The notes under the pieces were generated by a model. That model saw only the letters and a list, made by a program, of their open reading frames with translations. It did not search any database and was not told where the DNA came from. The translations under genes and the position numbers were made by a program. Shown here in pieces: positions 18,331-27,000 of a stretch of DNA of 64,000 bases; the stretch's first letter is position 1, and the number at the start of each line of letters is the position of its first letter. This DNA is from Candidatus Dormiibacterota bacterium (GTDB taxonomy: Bacteria > Chloroflexota > Dormibacteria > Dormibacterales > Dormibacteraceae): NCBI GenBank assembly GCA_035717165.1, contig DASTIX010000014.1:503-64502 (forward strand). The letters are read 5' to 3'.

Positions 18331-18427
18331 CTCGTCTTAGGCGCGTTTCCGCCGCCGGTTTCCGGCCAAAAGCCGAAATCGTCGCCAGGCGTGAGTACTC
18401 CGCTTGTGGGAGGCGTTTCTGCTACAG

Positions 18428-18634
18428 ATGAACGACTTCGACAAGTTCCTGGAGCTCAAGCTGCGGCAAATGCTGGACCCGGTCGTCGCCACCGACGCGC
18501 CGATGCGGGGCAGCCGCCGGCGGAGGGCGCGCCGACCGGTCCTGACCGTTGAGGTCCCGACCGTCGAGTTCGGCGAGATGACCTCCGGCGAGACGGTCGT
18601 GGTGCCGATTCCGGTCGCCACGCCGCAGCTCTAA
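18428..18634 (+). CDS. small hypothetical protein; N-terminus paralogous to the sigma-partner protein at 58652
   Basis: MNDFDKFLELKLRQMLDPVVATDAPMRG aligns with MIDIERELEDTLHRVLDPITARPIPHRR. GGGAGG lies about 14 nt upstream of ATG 18428. Confidence 0.4.
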   Translation: MNDFDKFLELKLRQMLDPVVATDAPMRGSRRRRARRPVLTVEVPTVEFGEMTSGETVVVPIPVATPQL

Positions 18635-18660
18635 CCCAAGAACCCCTTCCTTCCTCTCGC

Positions 18661-18686
18661 GAGGCCGAGCCGTGAGGCTCGGCCTC
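18661..18686 (+). terminator. GC hairpin GAGGCCGAGCC-GTGA-GGCTCGGCCTC followed by a T/C-rich tract
   Basis: Perfect 11-bp stem, 27 nt after the stop at 18634, preceded by CCCTTCCTTCCTCTCG. The same element occurs at 59199-59248. Confidence 0.55.
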
Positions 18687-18730
18687 TCTTCGTGCAAGTC
18701 GAAGCCGTGAGGCTCGGCCTCTTCGTGTAA
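18668..18730 (+). repeat. direct duplication of the 3' half of the terminator element (18668-18697 and 18703-18730)
   Basis: AGCCGTGAGGCTCGGCCTCTCTTCGTGCAA versus AGCCGTGAGGCTCGGCCTCTTCGTGTAA. Confidence 0.6.
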
Positions 18731-18761
18731 CCGCCGCAGCCGATAGGGTGTTTAAGACCCG

Positions 18762-19697
18762 ATGAGCCGCGCGGCAGCCGTACTCCAGACTTCAGCCGTT
18801 TCGCGCCCCGACGCGGCGGCGCTGGCGGCCGGCCTGTTCACCGTCACCCTCTGGGGGTCGGCGTTCGTGGGCATCCGCGCCGCGGGCGGGGCGCTGTCGC
18901 CGGGGTCGCTGGCGCTGGGCCGGCTGCTCGTCAGCTGCATCCTGCTGGGAGCGGTCGCGGCCATCCGTCGTGATCCGGTGCCGTCGCGGCGCGACGTGGT
19001 GGCGATCGCGATCTATGGCGTCCTATGGCTTGCGATCTACAGCGTGAGCCTGAACGCCGCCGAACGCATCGTCGATGCCGGCACCGCGGCGCTGCTGATC
19101 AACACCGGCCCGATCGTCGTCGCGGTTCTGGCCGGGATGTTTCTCCGCGAAGGATTTCCGCACCGCCTGTTTCTGGGGTGCGCGATCGCTTTTGCCGGCT
19201 GTGTCGCGATCGGATTCGCCACCACCCAGACGAGGAGCGGTGCAGGTCTTGGGATCGCGTTGCTGGGACTGGCCGTGCTCGCGTATTCGACGGCGATCGT
19301 GGTGCAGAAGCCGGTGCTTGCGCGAGTGCCCTCGTTCCAGGTGACCTGGATCGGCGTCGTCGCCGCGACCATCGCCTGCCTTCCGTTTGCGCCGTCCCTC
19401 GTCTCAGAGCTGCCCAGGGCCGGCGCGGGCGCCATCGCATGGACGGCGTACCTCGGCGCCTTCCCGACCGCGATCGGATTCGCGAGCTGGGGCTTCGCCC
19501 TCCATCGGACCAAAGCCGGACAGCTGGGCACGCTCACGTACCTCGCTCCCGTGATCGCGGTGTTGCTCGGATGGGTGATGCTCGGCGAAACGCCAGCCTG
19601 GCTTGGGTTGATCGGTGGCGCGGTCGCGCTTGGCGGCGTTTACTACGCGCGGCGCTCGCCGGCGAAGGTGAAACCCAGGGCAGTATCCTCGGGATAG
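18762..19697 (+). CDS. EamA/DMT-family transporter
   Basis: 311-aa ORF with about 10 TM segments and a two-EamA-repeat appearance. Confidence 0.8.
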   Translation: MSRAAAVLQTSAVSRPDAAALAAGLFTVTLWGSAFVGIRAAGGALSPGSLALGRLLVSCILLGAVAAIRRDPVPSRRDVVAIAIYGVLWLAIYSVSLNAAERIVDAGTAALLINTGPIVVAVLAGMFLREGFPHRLFLGCAIAFAGCVAIGFATTQTRSGAGLGIALLGLAVLAYSTAIVVQKPVLARVPSFQVTWIGVVAATIACLPFAPSLVSELPRAGAGAIAWTAYLGAFPTAIGFASWGFALHRTKAGQLGTLTYLAPVIAVLLGWVMLGETPAWLGLIGGAVALGGVYYARRSPAKVKPRAVSSG

Positions 19698-20924
19698 ATG
19701 CCACGTGTGGTCATCGTGGGGGGTGGCGGTACAGGCGACGCTTGCGCTTTTGCTCTGCGCAAGCGCGGGTTCGACGGCGAAATCGTCATCCTCAGCGCCG
19801 ACCAGGACCGGCCCTACGACCGACCCTATCTGTCGAAGGAGTTCCTGCGTGGAGAGGTCGACGTGCCGAAGGTGTTCCTCCACGATGACGGCGCGTATGC
19901 GACAGAGCGCATCGAGCTCCGCCTTGAACAGCGCGTCACCGGAGGTTCGCTCGACGGCCGCCGCCTGACGCTCGCGGGCGCCGACGACGTTCGCTTCGAC
20001 GTTCTGGTCCTCGGCCTCGGCGGCACGCCGCGTCGCCTGCCGGGTGTTCCCGAGGCCGCCAACGTGCGCACACTCCGCTCGCTGCGCGACAGCGCGCATC
20101 TTCGCGAGGCCGTGCAGGGCGCCAACCGCGTGCTGCTCGTCGGCGCCGGGTTCATCGGTGCCGAGGTCGCGGCCTCATCACGACAGCTGGGCAAGGAGGT
20201 GCTGCTGCTCGAAGCGGCGCCCGTCCCGCTGCAGCGTGCGCTTGGCGCGGACGTCGGCACGATCTACGCCGACATCCACCGCCGTCACGGTGTCGACATC
20301 CGCACCGGCACCACGGTGAAGGAATGGCATACCGACCAGCGCGGCGTCGCCGCAGTGACGCTGTCCGACGGCAAGCGTGAAGAGGTCGACCTGGTGCTCC
20401 TCGCCGTGGGGATCGAGCCGAACCTCGAGCTGCCGAAAGCCCTCGGAATGCAGGTCGAAGGCGGCGGAGTCAAGGTGGACGAGTCTCTGCGCGCTGCGCC
20501 GAACGTGTACGTCGGCGGCGATATCGCGTTCCATCACCACCCCGTGCTCGAGCGTTCGATCCGGGTCGAGCACTGGGAGGTCGCCAAGGGCCAGGGCCGC
20601 GGCATTGCGGCGTCCATCACGGATGGTCCCACGCCGTACAAGAAGCTTCCGTATTTCTGGTCCGACCAGTACGACGTCAACCTCGAGTACCGCGGCAATG
20701 CCTCGGGTGAGGACAAGGCCGTCTGGCGAGGAGACCGCGACGGCTTGAAGTTCACGGTCTTCTATGTCCGCAACGGCGTCGTCGAAGCGGTGCTGTCCAT
20801 GAACGACAGCAAGACGAACGAGGCAGGCGGCAGGCTGATCGAAAGCCGGGCGCACGTCGATCCCAAGGCGCTCGAAGACCAGGGCGTCGACCTGCTGGAG
20901 CTGGTGCCGACTCCCAGCGCCTGA
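19698..20924 (+). CDS. FAD-dependent pyridine nucleotide-disulfide oxidoreductase (ferredoxin-reductase-like)
   Basis: VVIVGGGGTGDACA and LLVGAGFIGAEVA dinucleotide folds, plus the C-terminal reductase domain. The start directly abuts the previous stop. Confidence 0.85.
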   Translation: MPRVVIVGGGGTGDACAFALRKRGFDGEIVILSADQDRPYDRPYLSKEFLRGEVDVPKVFLHDDGAYATERIELRLEQRVTGGSLDGRRLTLAGADDVRFDVLVLGLGGTPRRLPGVPEAANVRTLRSLRDSAHLREAVQGANRVLLVGAGFIGAEVAASSRQLGKEVLLLEAAPVPLQRALGADVGTIYADIHRRHGVDIRTGTTVKEWHTDQRGVAAVTLSDGKREEVDLVLLAVGIEPNLELPKALGMQVEGGGVKVDESLRAAPNVYVGGDIAFHHHPVLERSIRVEHWEVAKGQGRGIAASITDGPTPYKKLPYFWSDQYDVNLEYRGNASGEDKAVWRGDRDGLKFTVFYVRNGVVEAVLSMNDSKTNEAGGRLIESRAHVDPKALEDQGVDLLELVPTPSA

Positions 20925-20927
20925 GCC

Positions 20928-21371
20928 TCAGGCGACCGGCTGATTCTCCTCGGGGAGAAGCCACGGCAAAGCCTCGCTCAGCGGTCTGACGAGAGCCTTG
21001 TGCTGGTCCTTGCTGATCGAGCTTGCCGCGACGAGGCCCAGCGCGGCCATGAACGCGGCGTCCTCGGCCTTATGCCCGACGTCGCCATGCTCTGCCTTCC
21101 AGCTGATCAGCGCGCCGCCGGACTCGGTGAGACCAAAGAGGTTGCGGCGCACCTCATCCCACGCCGGGCCACGCCCCGACTTTTCGATCGCTTGCAGGGC
21201 AGCCTTCTCGGCGTCGTGGATCTGGTCGAGGCCGTGCAATCGCGCATGCCGGTCCCAGCCCTGCGCCGCGCGTTCGACCCCCGACGGCGACAGCACGCGA
21301 ATGTCGTCGATCAAGCGCTGCAGCGTCTGCTGATGTTCGGGGAATCCGTAGCCCTCGGCGTCGATGCTCAT
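20928..21371 (-). CDS. hypothetical protein (last gene of the 28.4-20.9 kb operon)
   Basis: ATG 21371 (MSIDAEGYGFPEHQQ...), 17 nt after the DoxX stop. The upstream part of ORF 20928..21815 is Arg-rich and overlaps DoxX. Confidence 0.45.
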   Translation of the reverse strand: MSIDAEGYGFPEHQQTLQRLIDDIRVLSPSGVERAAQGWDRHARLHGLDQIHDAEKAALQAIEKSGRGPAWDEVRRNLFGLTESGGALISWKAEHGDVGHKAEDAAFMAALGLVAASSISKDQHKALVRPLSEALPWLLPEENQPVA

Positions 21372-21388
21372 CTGCGTCCAAAGAAAGG

Positions 21389-21826
21389 CTAACGCAACCA
21401 AGCGGGCATCCAGCCGAAGCGCCCGAGAGCGTAGGGCCCTGGCCCCGAGACGACCACCTGCGCCGTGGCGAGCAAGCCGAGGTAGTAGAGCCACCGGAAG
21501 CCGTCGTCGGTGACGGCGAACGCGACGGTGAGCGCGAGGCCGGCGGCGAGAAGTGTTCCGAGGATGGCGGCCCATCGCGTTGCGAGCCCGAGGAGGAGAA
21601 GCACTGCGACGAGCGTCTCTCCGGCCGTTTCCGCGAGCGCAAATGGGAACCAGTTCGGAGCGATGACGGTCACGAGCAGCTCGTGAAGGCCAGGAATCGG
21701 ATTCGCTTTCGCCATCGAGTCCATCACGCCGCGCATCCAGCCGACGCCCTGCCACTTCTGGCTCGCGAAGTAGAGCCAGTAGATCCCGACCACGACTCGG
21801 AAGAGGCTCGGCCACGCTTCACTCAT
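21389..21826 (-). CDS. DoxX-family membrane protein
   Basis: From ATG 21826: MSEAWPSLFRVVVGIYWLYFASQKW...ETLVAVLLLLGLATRWAAILG. Four TM segments. Overlaps the upstream stop by 8 nt. Confidence 0.75.
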   Translation of the reverse strand: MSEAWPSLFRVVVGIYWLYFASQKWQGVGWMRGVMDSMAKANPIPGLHELLVTVIAPNWFPFALAETAGETLVAVLLLLGLATRWAAILGTLLAAGLALTVAFAVTDDGFRWLYYLGLLATAQVVVSGPGPYALGRFGWMPAWLR

Positions 21827-22682
21827 GACTATTGACCGCCACCACCAGGAGATTCTCCAGCGGGTCGGCGGCGAGCGCGACGGCGGCCGCGCCGGTCGCC
21901 CAGTGATGGACTGACGAACCCTGGACCGCGAGCGTCTCGCGGTCACCGTGCGCTGCGACGAAGATCGTCGACTGCGACGCCAGCACCTGGTCGGGGTCGC
22001 GGGGCCGGACGAGGGTGGTGAACGTGCCGCGCACGACGTCGTAGGAATACACCGCGCCGCGGTCGCTGTCCTCGGACTCGCCTTCGGCGGCGACCAGTAG
22101 GGAGTCGTTTGGGCCGGGCGCGAGCCAGAAAGGATGCACCGGCGCCGGCAGCGGGACCTGTTTCGAGCCGTCCGCGGTCATGAGCAGCGAGCGCTGATAG
22201 TCGGCCGTCCACATCGTCGTGCCCGCCAGCGCGATGCCGAACGCGCTGCCCGCGGCGACGGCAACGTCACCGCTGGTGTCGATGGCGAGCGCAGCGGGAT
22301 GCTGCGGTGCTTTGTCGTACGCGAGGATGCGCCCGGCTGCCGGCTCGAGCTCGACTATCTGTCCGAGGTCGTAGAGGCTCACGTAAAGCCGGCCGAGGTG
22401 CATCAGCAGTCCGAATGGGGCACCGCCGGTGTGCGACTTCCATCGCACCTTCAAGTCGGGAAGGCTCACCGCGTACACGTCGCCGGGCGCGCTGTCCGCC
22501 ACGTATGCCGTGCGTCCGTCATCGGAAAGCGTGACGGCGACGGGATCGGCCCCGACAGCCAGGCTCGACTTCAAGGAACCATCACGCAACGACAAAAGCA
22601 CGAGGCCGGTCTGCGGATACGTGGGACCCGCGGTCTGCGTCGCCCCGCACGCGGCGAGCGTGACGAGCAGAACCGCCGCTAC
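21819..22682 (-). CDS. beta-propeller (YncE/YVTN-like) lipoprotein; start codon unresolved
   Basis: RHRSRATRAQVAAVLLVTLAACG carries a lipobox. Repeats such as YVADSAPGDVYAVSL and GRLYVSLYDLGQIVEL follow. The only in-frame canonical start upstream of the signal peptide is GTG 22853. Confidence 0.6.
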   Translation of the reverse strand, partial: VAAVLLVTLAACGATQTAGPTYPQTGLVLLSLRDGSLKSSLAVGADPVAVTLSDDGRTAYVADSAPGDVYAVSLPDLKVRWKSHTGGAPFGLLMHLGRLYVSLYDLGQIVELEPAAGRILAYDKAPQHPAALAIDTSGDVAVAAGSAFGIALAGTTMWTADYQRSLLMTADGSKQVPLPAPVHPFWLAPGPNDSLLVAAEGESEDSDRGAVYSYDVVRGTFTTLVRPRDPDQVLASQSTIFVAAHGDRETLAVQGSSVHHWATGAAAVALAADPLENLLVVAVNSHE

Positions 22683-24001
22683 TTGAGCGCGCGTAGCACG
22701 GGATCGGTGGCGAGCTGGAACGCTCGAGCCGCGGGTCGCATGTGCAGACGGTTGAGGCGGTGCTGGATCGCTCCCTTGAGAATCGCGGCGCGGAGCTTGT
22801 GCTCGGAGAAGTCGGTGTTGAACAGAAGGCGGTTGTGCCGAACCTTGTGCCACTCGCCGCGCATGCGGCGCTCGCGTACGCGGTCGTAGAAACCCGTACC
22901 CGGAAGGGGATACGCGATCGTGTAGCTCACGTAGTCGAGTGGAAGGCTCGACGAGAAGTTGATGCTGCGGATGAGCGAGTCGGTCGTCTCGCCGATGTAG
23001 CCGACCATGAAGAACCCCGCTGCCTTGATGCCCGCGGCCACGCAAGCTTCGACGGCCGCGCGCGCCTGGTCCGGGGTGATGCCCTTCTTCATCTCTTTGA
23101 GCACGCGCTCATCGCCCGACTCGATGCCGAAGAAGATGCGTTTGCAGCCCGCGCGGTGCATCTGCTCGAAGAGCGCCTGGTCGACGTGGGTGACGCGACT
23201 GAGGCATTCCCACGTCAAGGGAAGGTGCGCGTCCTCGATCGCTTTGGCGAGCTCCATCGTGCGCTTGTAGTTCAGCGTGAAGAGGTCGTCGGACATCCAT
23301 ATGTGGTCATAACCGAGCTCGGCGATCTCGCGCATCTCGTCGACGACGGATTCGACCGGCCTCGCGCTGAACAGATCACCGAACACGGATTTGTGGCAGA
23401 AGTCGCAACGGAATGGACACCCGCGAGTCGACATCAATGGCGTGGTCGCGTCCTTCCAGTGCTTGCGCCAGTACGCGATGTAGTCGTCGTTGGGCACGTC
23501 GCCGCGATACGGCAAAGGCAGGTTCGACATGTCCTTCGAGCGATGGCGGGCCGTGCTTCTGATCACCTCGCCGTCGCGCTTGAACAGGACCCCGGGGATC
23601 TCTTCCCAGCGCCTGTCGTCGAGGTGCTCCATGATCGACACGATCGTCTCCTCGCCCTCGCCGACGGCCACGATGTCGAAGTCGTCGACGAAAGTCTCTG
23701 GCTCGCCCGATGGATATGGTCCGCCGACGACAGTGAGCGCTTTGTCGCGGACCTGCGCGGCGAGCGAGAGCGCCTCGTCCTGCATCGTGATCATGCAGTA
23801 GATCCCGATGACCCTCGGCTTCAGGCGCTCGATCTCTTCGAGCACCTGGTGGCGCTCGAGGAACGTGTGGTCGATGTGGCGAACCGAGTAGCCGGCACGT
23901 CGGAGTGAAGCGCTGAGGTACATGAGGCCGAGAGACGGCATGATCCAGTGCCTTCCCTGGCGTGGAGCCCGCTGCGGATACACGAGCACGACGTCGGTCA
24001 T
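22679..24001 (-). CDS. B12-binding-domain radical SAM protein (class B)
   Basis: ATG 24001 overlaps the upstream TGA as ATGA. N-terminal cobalamin-binding-like Rossmann region (VVLVYP...VIGIYCMIT...VVGGPYPS). CX3CX2C cluster RGCPFRCDFCHK. Confidence 0.85.
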   Translation of the reverse strand: MTDVVLVYPQRAPRQGRHWIMPSLGLMYLSASLRRAGYSVRHIDHTFLERHQVLEEIERLKPRVIGIYCMITMQDEALSLAAQVRDKALTVVGGPYPSGEPETFVDDFDIVAVGEGEETIVSIMEHLDDRRWEEIPGVLFKRDGEVIRSTARHRSKDMSNLPLPYRGDVPNDDYIAYWRKHWKDATTPLMSTRGCPFRCDFCHKSVFGDLFSARPVESVVDEMREIAELGYDHIWMSDDLFTLNYKRTMELAKAIEDAHLPLTWECLSRVTHVDQALFEQMHRAGCKRIFFGIESGDERVLKEMKKGITPDQARAAVEACVAAGIKAAGFFMVGYIGETTDSLIRSINFSSSLPLDYVSYTIAYPLPGTGFYDRVRERRMRGEWHKVRHNRLLFNTDFSEHKLRAAILKGAIQHRLNRLHMRPAARAFQLATDPVLRALK

Positions 24002-27000
24002 TGGGCCGCCTCCAACGTGATGGTGTAGTGCACGCCGGTAAAGACGCCGTCGGAGATGTAGTCCAGCCCGGCCCAATTGAAAGCGGGCGGGGCCTGCTCG
24101 CGACCCGCGTACAGCGTTGCGTCAGGGATGGCGGGAAGCGACCACTCGGTGCCGAGGCTGTTGGATCGGAGTCGCGCCCACGCGCCGGTGATCGGCGTCC
24201 AGCTCGGGAACTGCCTGCCGATCAGCGTCGCCTGATTGGCGGCCGCCAGATCGTCGAATTCCGCCGACTGCTCGTTGAGGACGGCGACCTGCGTGTAGCC
24301 GGGCGCCAGCCAGACCGTCCGGACGTCTATCGAAACTCCCGTCGCCTCGATCGTGTACGTCACCGCGATCGCTCCCCGCGAGGCGATCGGCTCGAAGCGA
24401 TAGGCATGCGCATTGTCACCGCCGATCTCGTCGAGCTGGAAGGTGCGCTGCCATCGATTTGAAGCGATCTGCACGTCGCTGCTCGTCCGTGAGTACACCC
24501 AGCCGTCGGGGTAATGCACGATCGGGACGCCAAAGCCCATGCCCTCACCGGTCGCCGTTGGGCCGAGGGTGACGCCCTTGGCGAGCGGCGCGGTCTTGCC
24601 CTGCGCGACGTTCTGCAGGCTCAGCGCCGGGCGCAAGCGGTACACGTACACCGGCTTGCCATCCGTCACCTGGTACGCGTCCTGCCGGCCGATCGAGGCA
24701 AACGGATCGGTCGCTCGGCCACGCGCCAGGTCAGGAAAGACCACGGTCGCGCGGTAGTAGCCGATGTCTTCGAGCGCCAGAGCGGTCACGTCGTGCGCGC
24801 GAAGCCATGTGACGGCATCGGCCTGGCCGGCGGGAAGCGACCGAGAGCCGATGACTTGGGACGGTGGCTTGCCGCTGTAATACGCGACCACCGGCGAGTC
24901 CGTGAGGAGCACGCCCGGCGTGCCGTGAGCGGAGCGTCCCGCGGCGATCAGGCCCGTGTTGATGTTGCCGAAGCTGGTGAACACCGGAATGAACGCGACG
25001 GCGAGCAGCGCGGTCGCGCCGACCGCGGCCAGACGCACCACCGCCGAATAGCGATCGAGCGCCGCCGCGGCGAGCAGCGCGAACGCCGGCAGCGCGGGAT
25101 AGAGGTAGCGGTGGCTTCCGGTATACACGCCCAGCGCGACCAATCCGAAGACGGCCCCGAGGTAGACGATCGCCGGCGCGTAGACGAATCGCCATGAGGC
25201 AACCGGCTGCCGCCGCCACGCGAACACGGCTCCAATGGCGCCAAAGACGAACAACGGCAGCGCGGCGAGCCCGAAGCTCGAGCCGAGCTCGAGCACGCGG
25301 GAAAGGTTGCTGGTAGCGATGCTGCCACGAGCGGTCGCGGACATCACTTCGAGCGTGCCGCGCGCGACGGAGTGGCTGGCGGGTGCGAATCCGAGCTGCA
25401 GAAAAACGAGAATGCCGACCGCCGGCACCGCCCACGCGACGGCGGCGCGCGAACGGGTCGTAGCGCGCGCTCGCACCGCTTCGATCACCGCGAACGCGAG
25501 CACTGCGGCGATGAAGATCCACGCCTTCGTCGACGTCACGACGGCGAGCGAGGCGACCAGCGCCGCGACTTTCATCCGGCCGCGCACGGCCGCGAGGGCG
25601 GCGCCGGTGATCAACGCGGTGACCATCGGCTCGACCACCGCGGATCCGGATGTGAAGAGGAACACCGGGTTGAGGACCAGGAGGGCCGTGGCCATCTGCG
25701 CCTGGCGGCGGTTCGGCGCCATCGCGTACACGCATGCCGCGGTGATCACGGCGAAGAGAGCGCTCATCACCTTGAGCGCGCCGATCTGCCAGAGGCCGAA
25801 GACGTGCAGCACTCCCGCCGCGAGCACGTGATAGCCGGGCAGCCAGGTGTCCTCCATGCCGAACAGTGGATCGTGGAGGTGACCGGTGGAAGCGAGGTTT
25901 GCCGCGAGCAGCCAGTGCCCATAGCCGTCCTCGAACGGCTCGGGCATCTGCGCCGCGACCAGCAGCACGAGCGCGGCCGCGCCGACCAACGCTGCCGCCG
26001 GCCAGGCGGCCTGCACGCGCGCGAGCGCCCGGCGTCCAAGGCGGCGCAGCGTCAGCACCTCGAGGAAATCCACGGCGCTGAGTGCGGCCACCACGGCAAA
26101 GCCGGTTGCGAACATCGCAGCGTACGCCGCGATCAACGCCTGACCCAGGACCAGCGCCGCCGGCACGAGCGCCAGGCACGCGAGTGCGGCACCTGCCTCG
26201 AGCAGCGCCCGAGGGTCGCCGACGAGCACGTAGGCCTGATCACGCCATTCCTGACCCCGGCGGACGATCCGGTACTTGGGCGTGCGCACGAAAACTCCGC
26301 CCGGCCGGAAGGCGCGAATCAGAGCGATCAGCGTGTTCAGTGACATGCCCGCGCCGACGACCTGGCAGAGAAGCGCGGGAGCACCGGTCCACCATCGCCG
26401 CCCTCGCCGGGTCTGCGCCGCCATGAAACCGACCCACGGCGTGACGCCGACGAGGATCGCGACGCTCGACGATCCCGCGACGTACCAGGGCAGAGGAATC
26501 GCGTGCGAGCCGAAGGCGATCAGCACCAGCGGGTAGCAGGCGAGCTGCAGGAGCATCACCGGCCCCACCCCGTAAGCGAGGAGATGCATCGTCGCCTGGA
26601 ACTTGACCGCAGGCCGCAGATTGCTGCGCAGAACCGAGCGGAGCAACAGGAAAGCAACCTGGAAGCTGCCGGTCGCCCATCGCGACTGCTGGCGCCGGTA
26701 CGCATCGATCGACACCGGCAGCTCTTCGGGTACGACGAGGTCGTCGACGTAAGCGGCCTTCCATCCGCGGAGCTGCGCGCGATAGCTGAGGTCGAGGTCC
26801 TCGGTGAGCGTCCGTGCGCTCCAACCGCCGGCATCTTCGATCGCTTGCCGGCGCCACACCCCCGCCGTGCCGGTGAAGTTGGTCAGGTAACCGGCGTGGG
26901 ACCGAACGGCCTGCTCGACCAGAAAGTGGAAGTCGATCGCCATCGCCTGGAGACGGGTGAAGAGCGAGTAGTTCTCGTCGAGATGGCCCCAGCGCGCCTG

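Noticed and set aside
18661-18730. Possible CRISPR-like or attenuator repeat
   Set aside because: There are only two copies, no spacer-repeat periodicity and no cas genes. It is interpreted as a terminator hairpin with a duplicated 3' arm.
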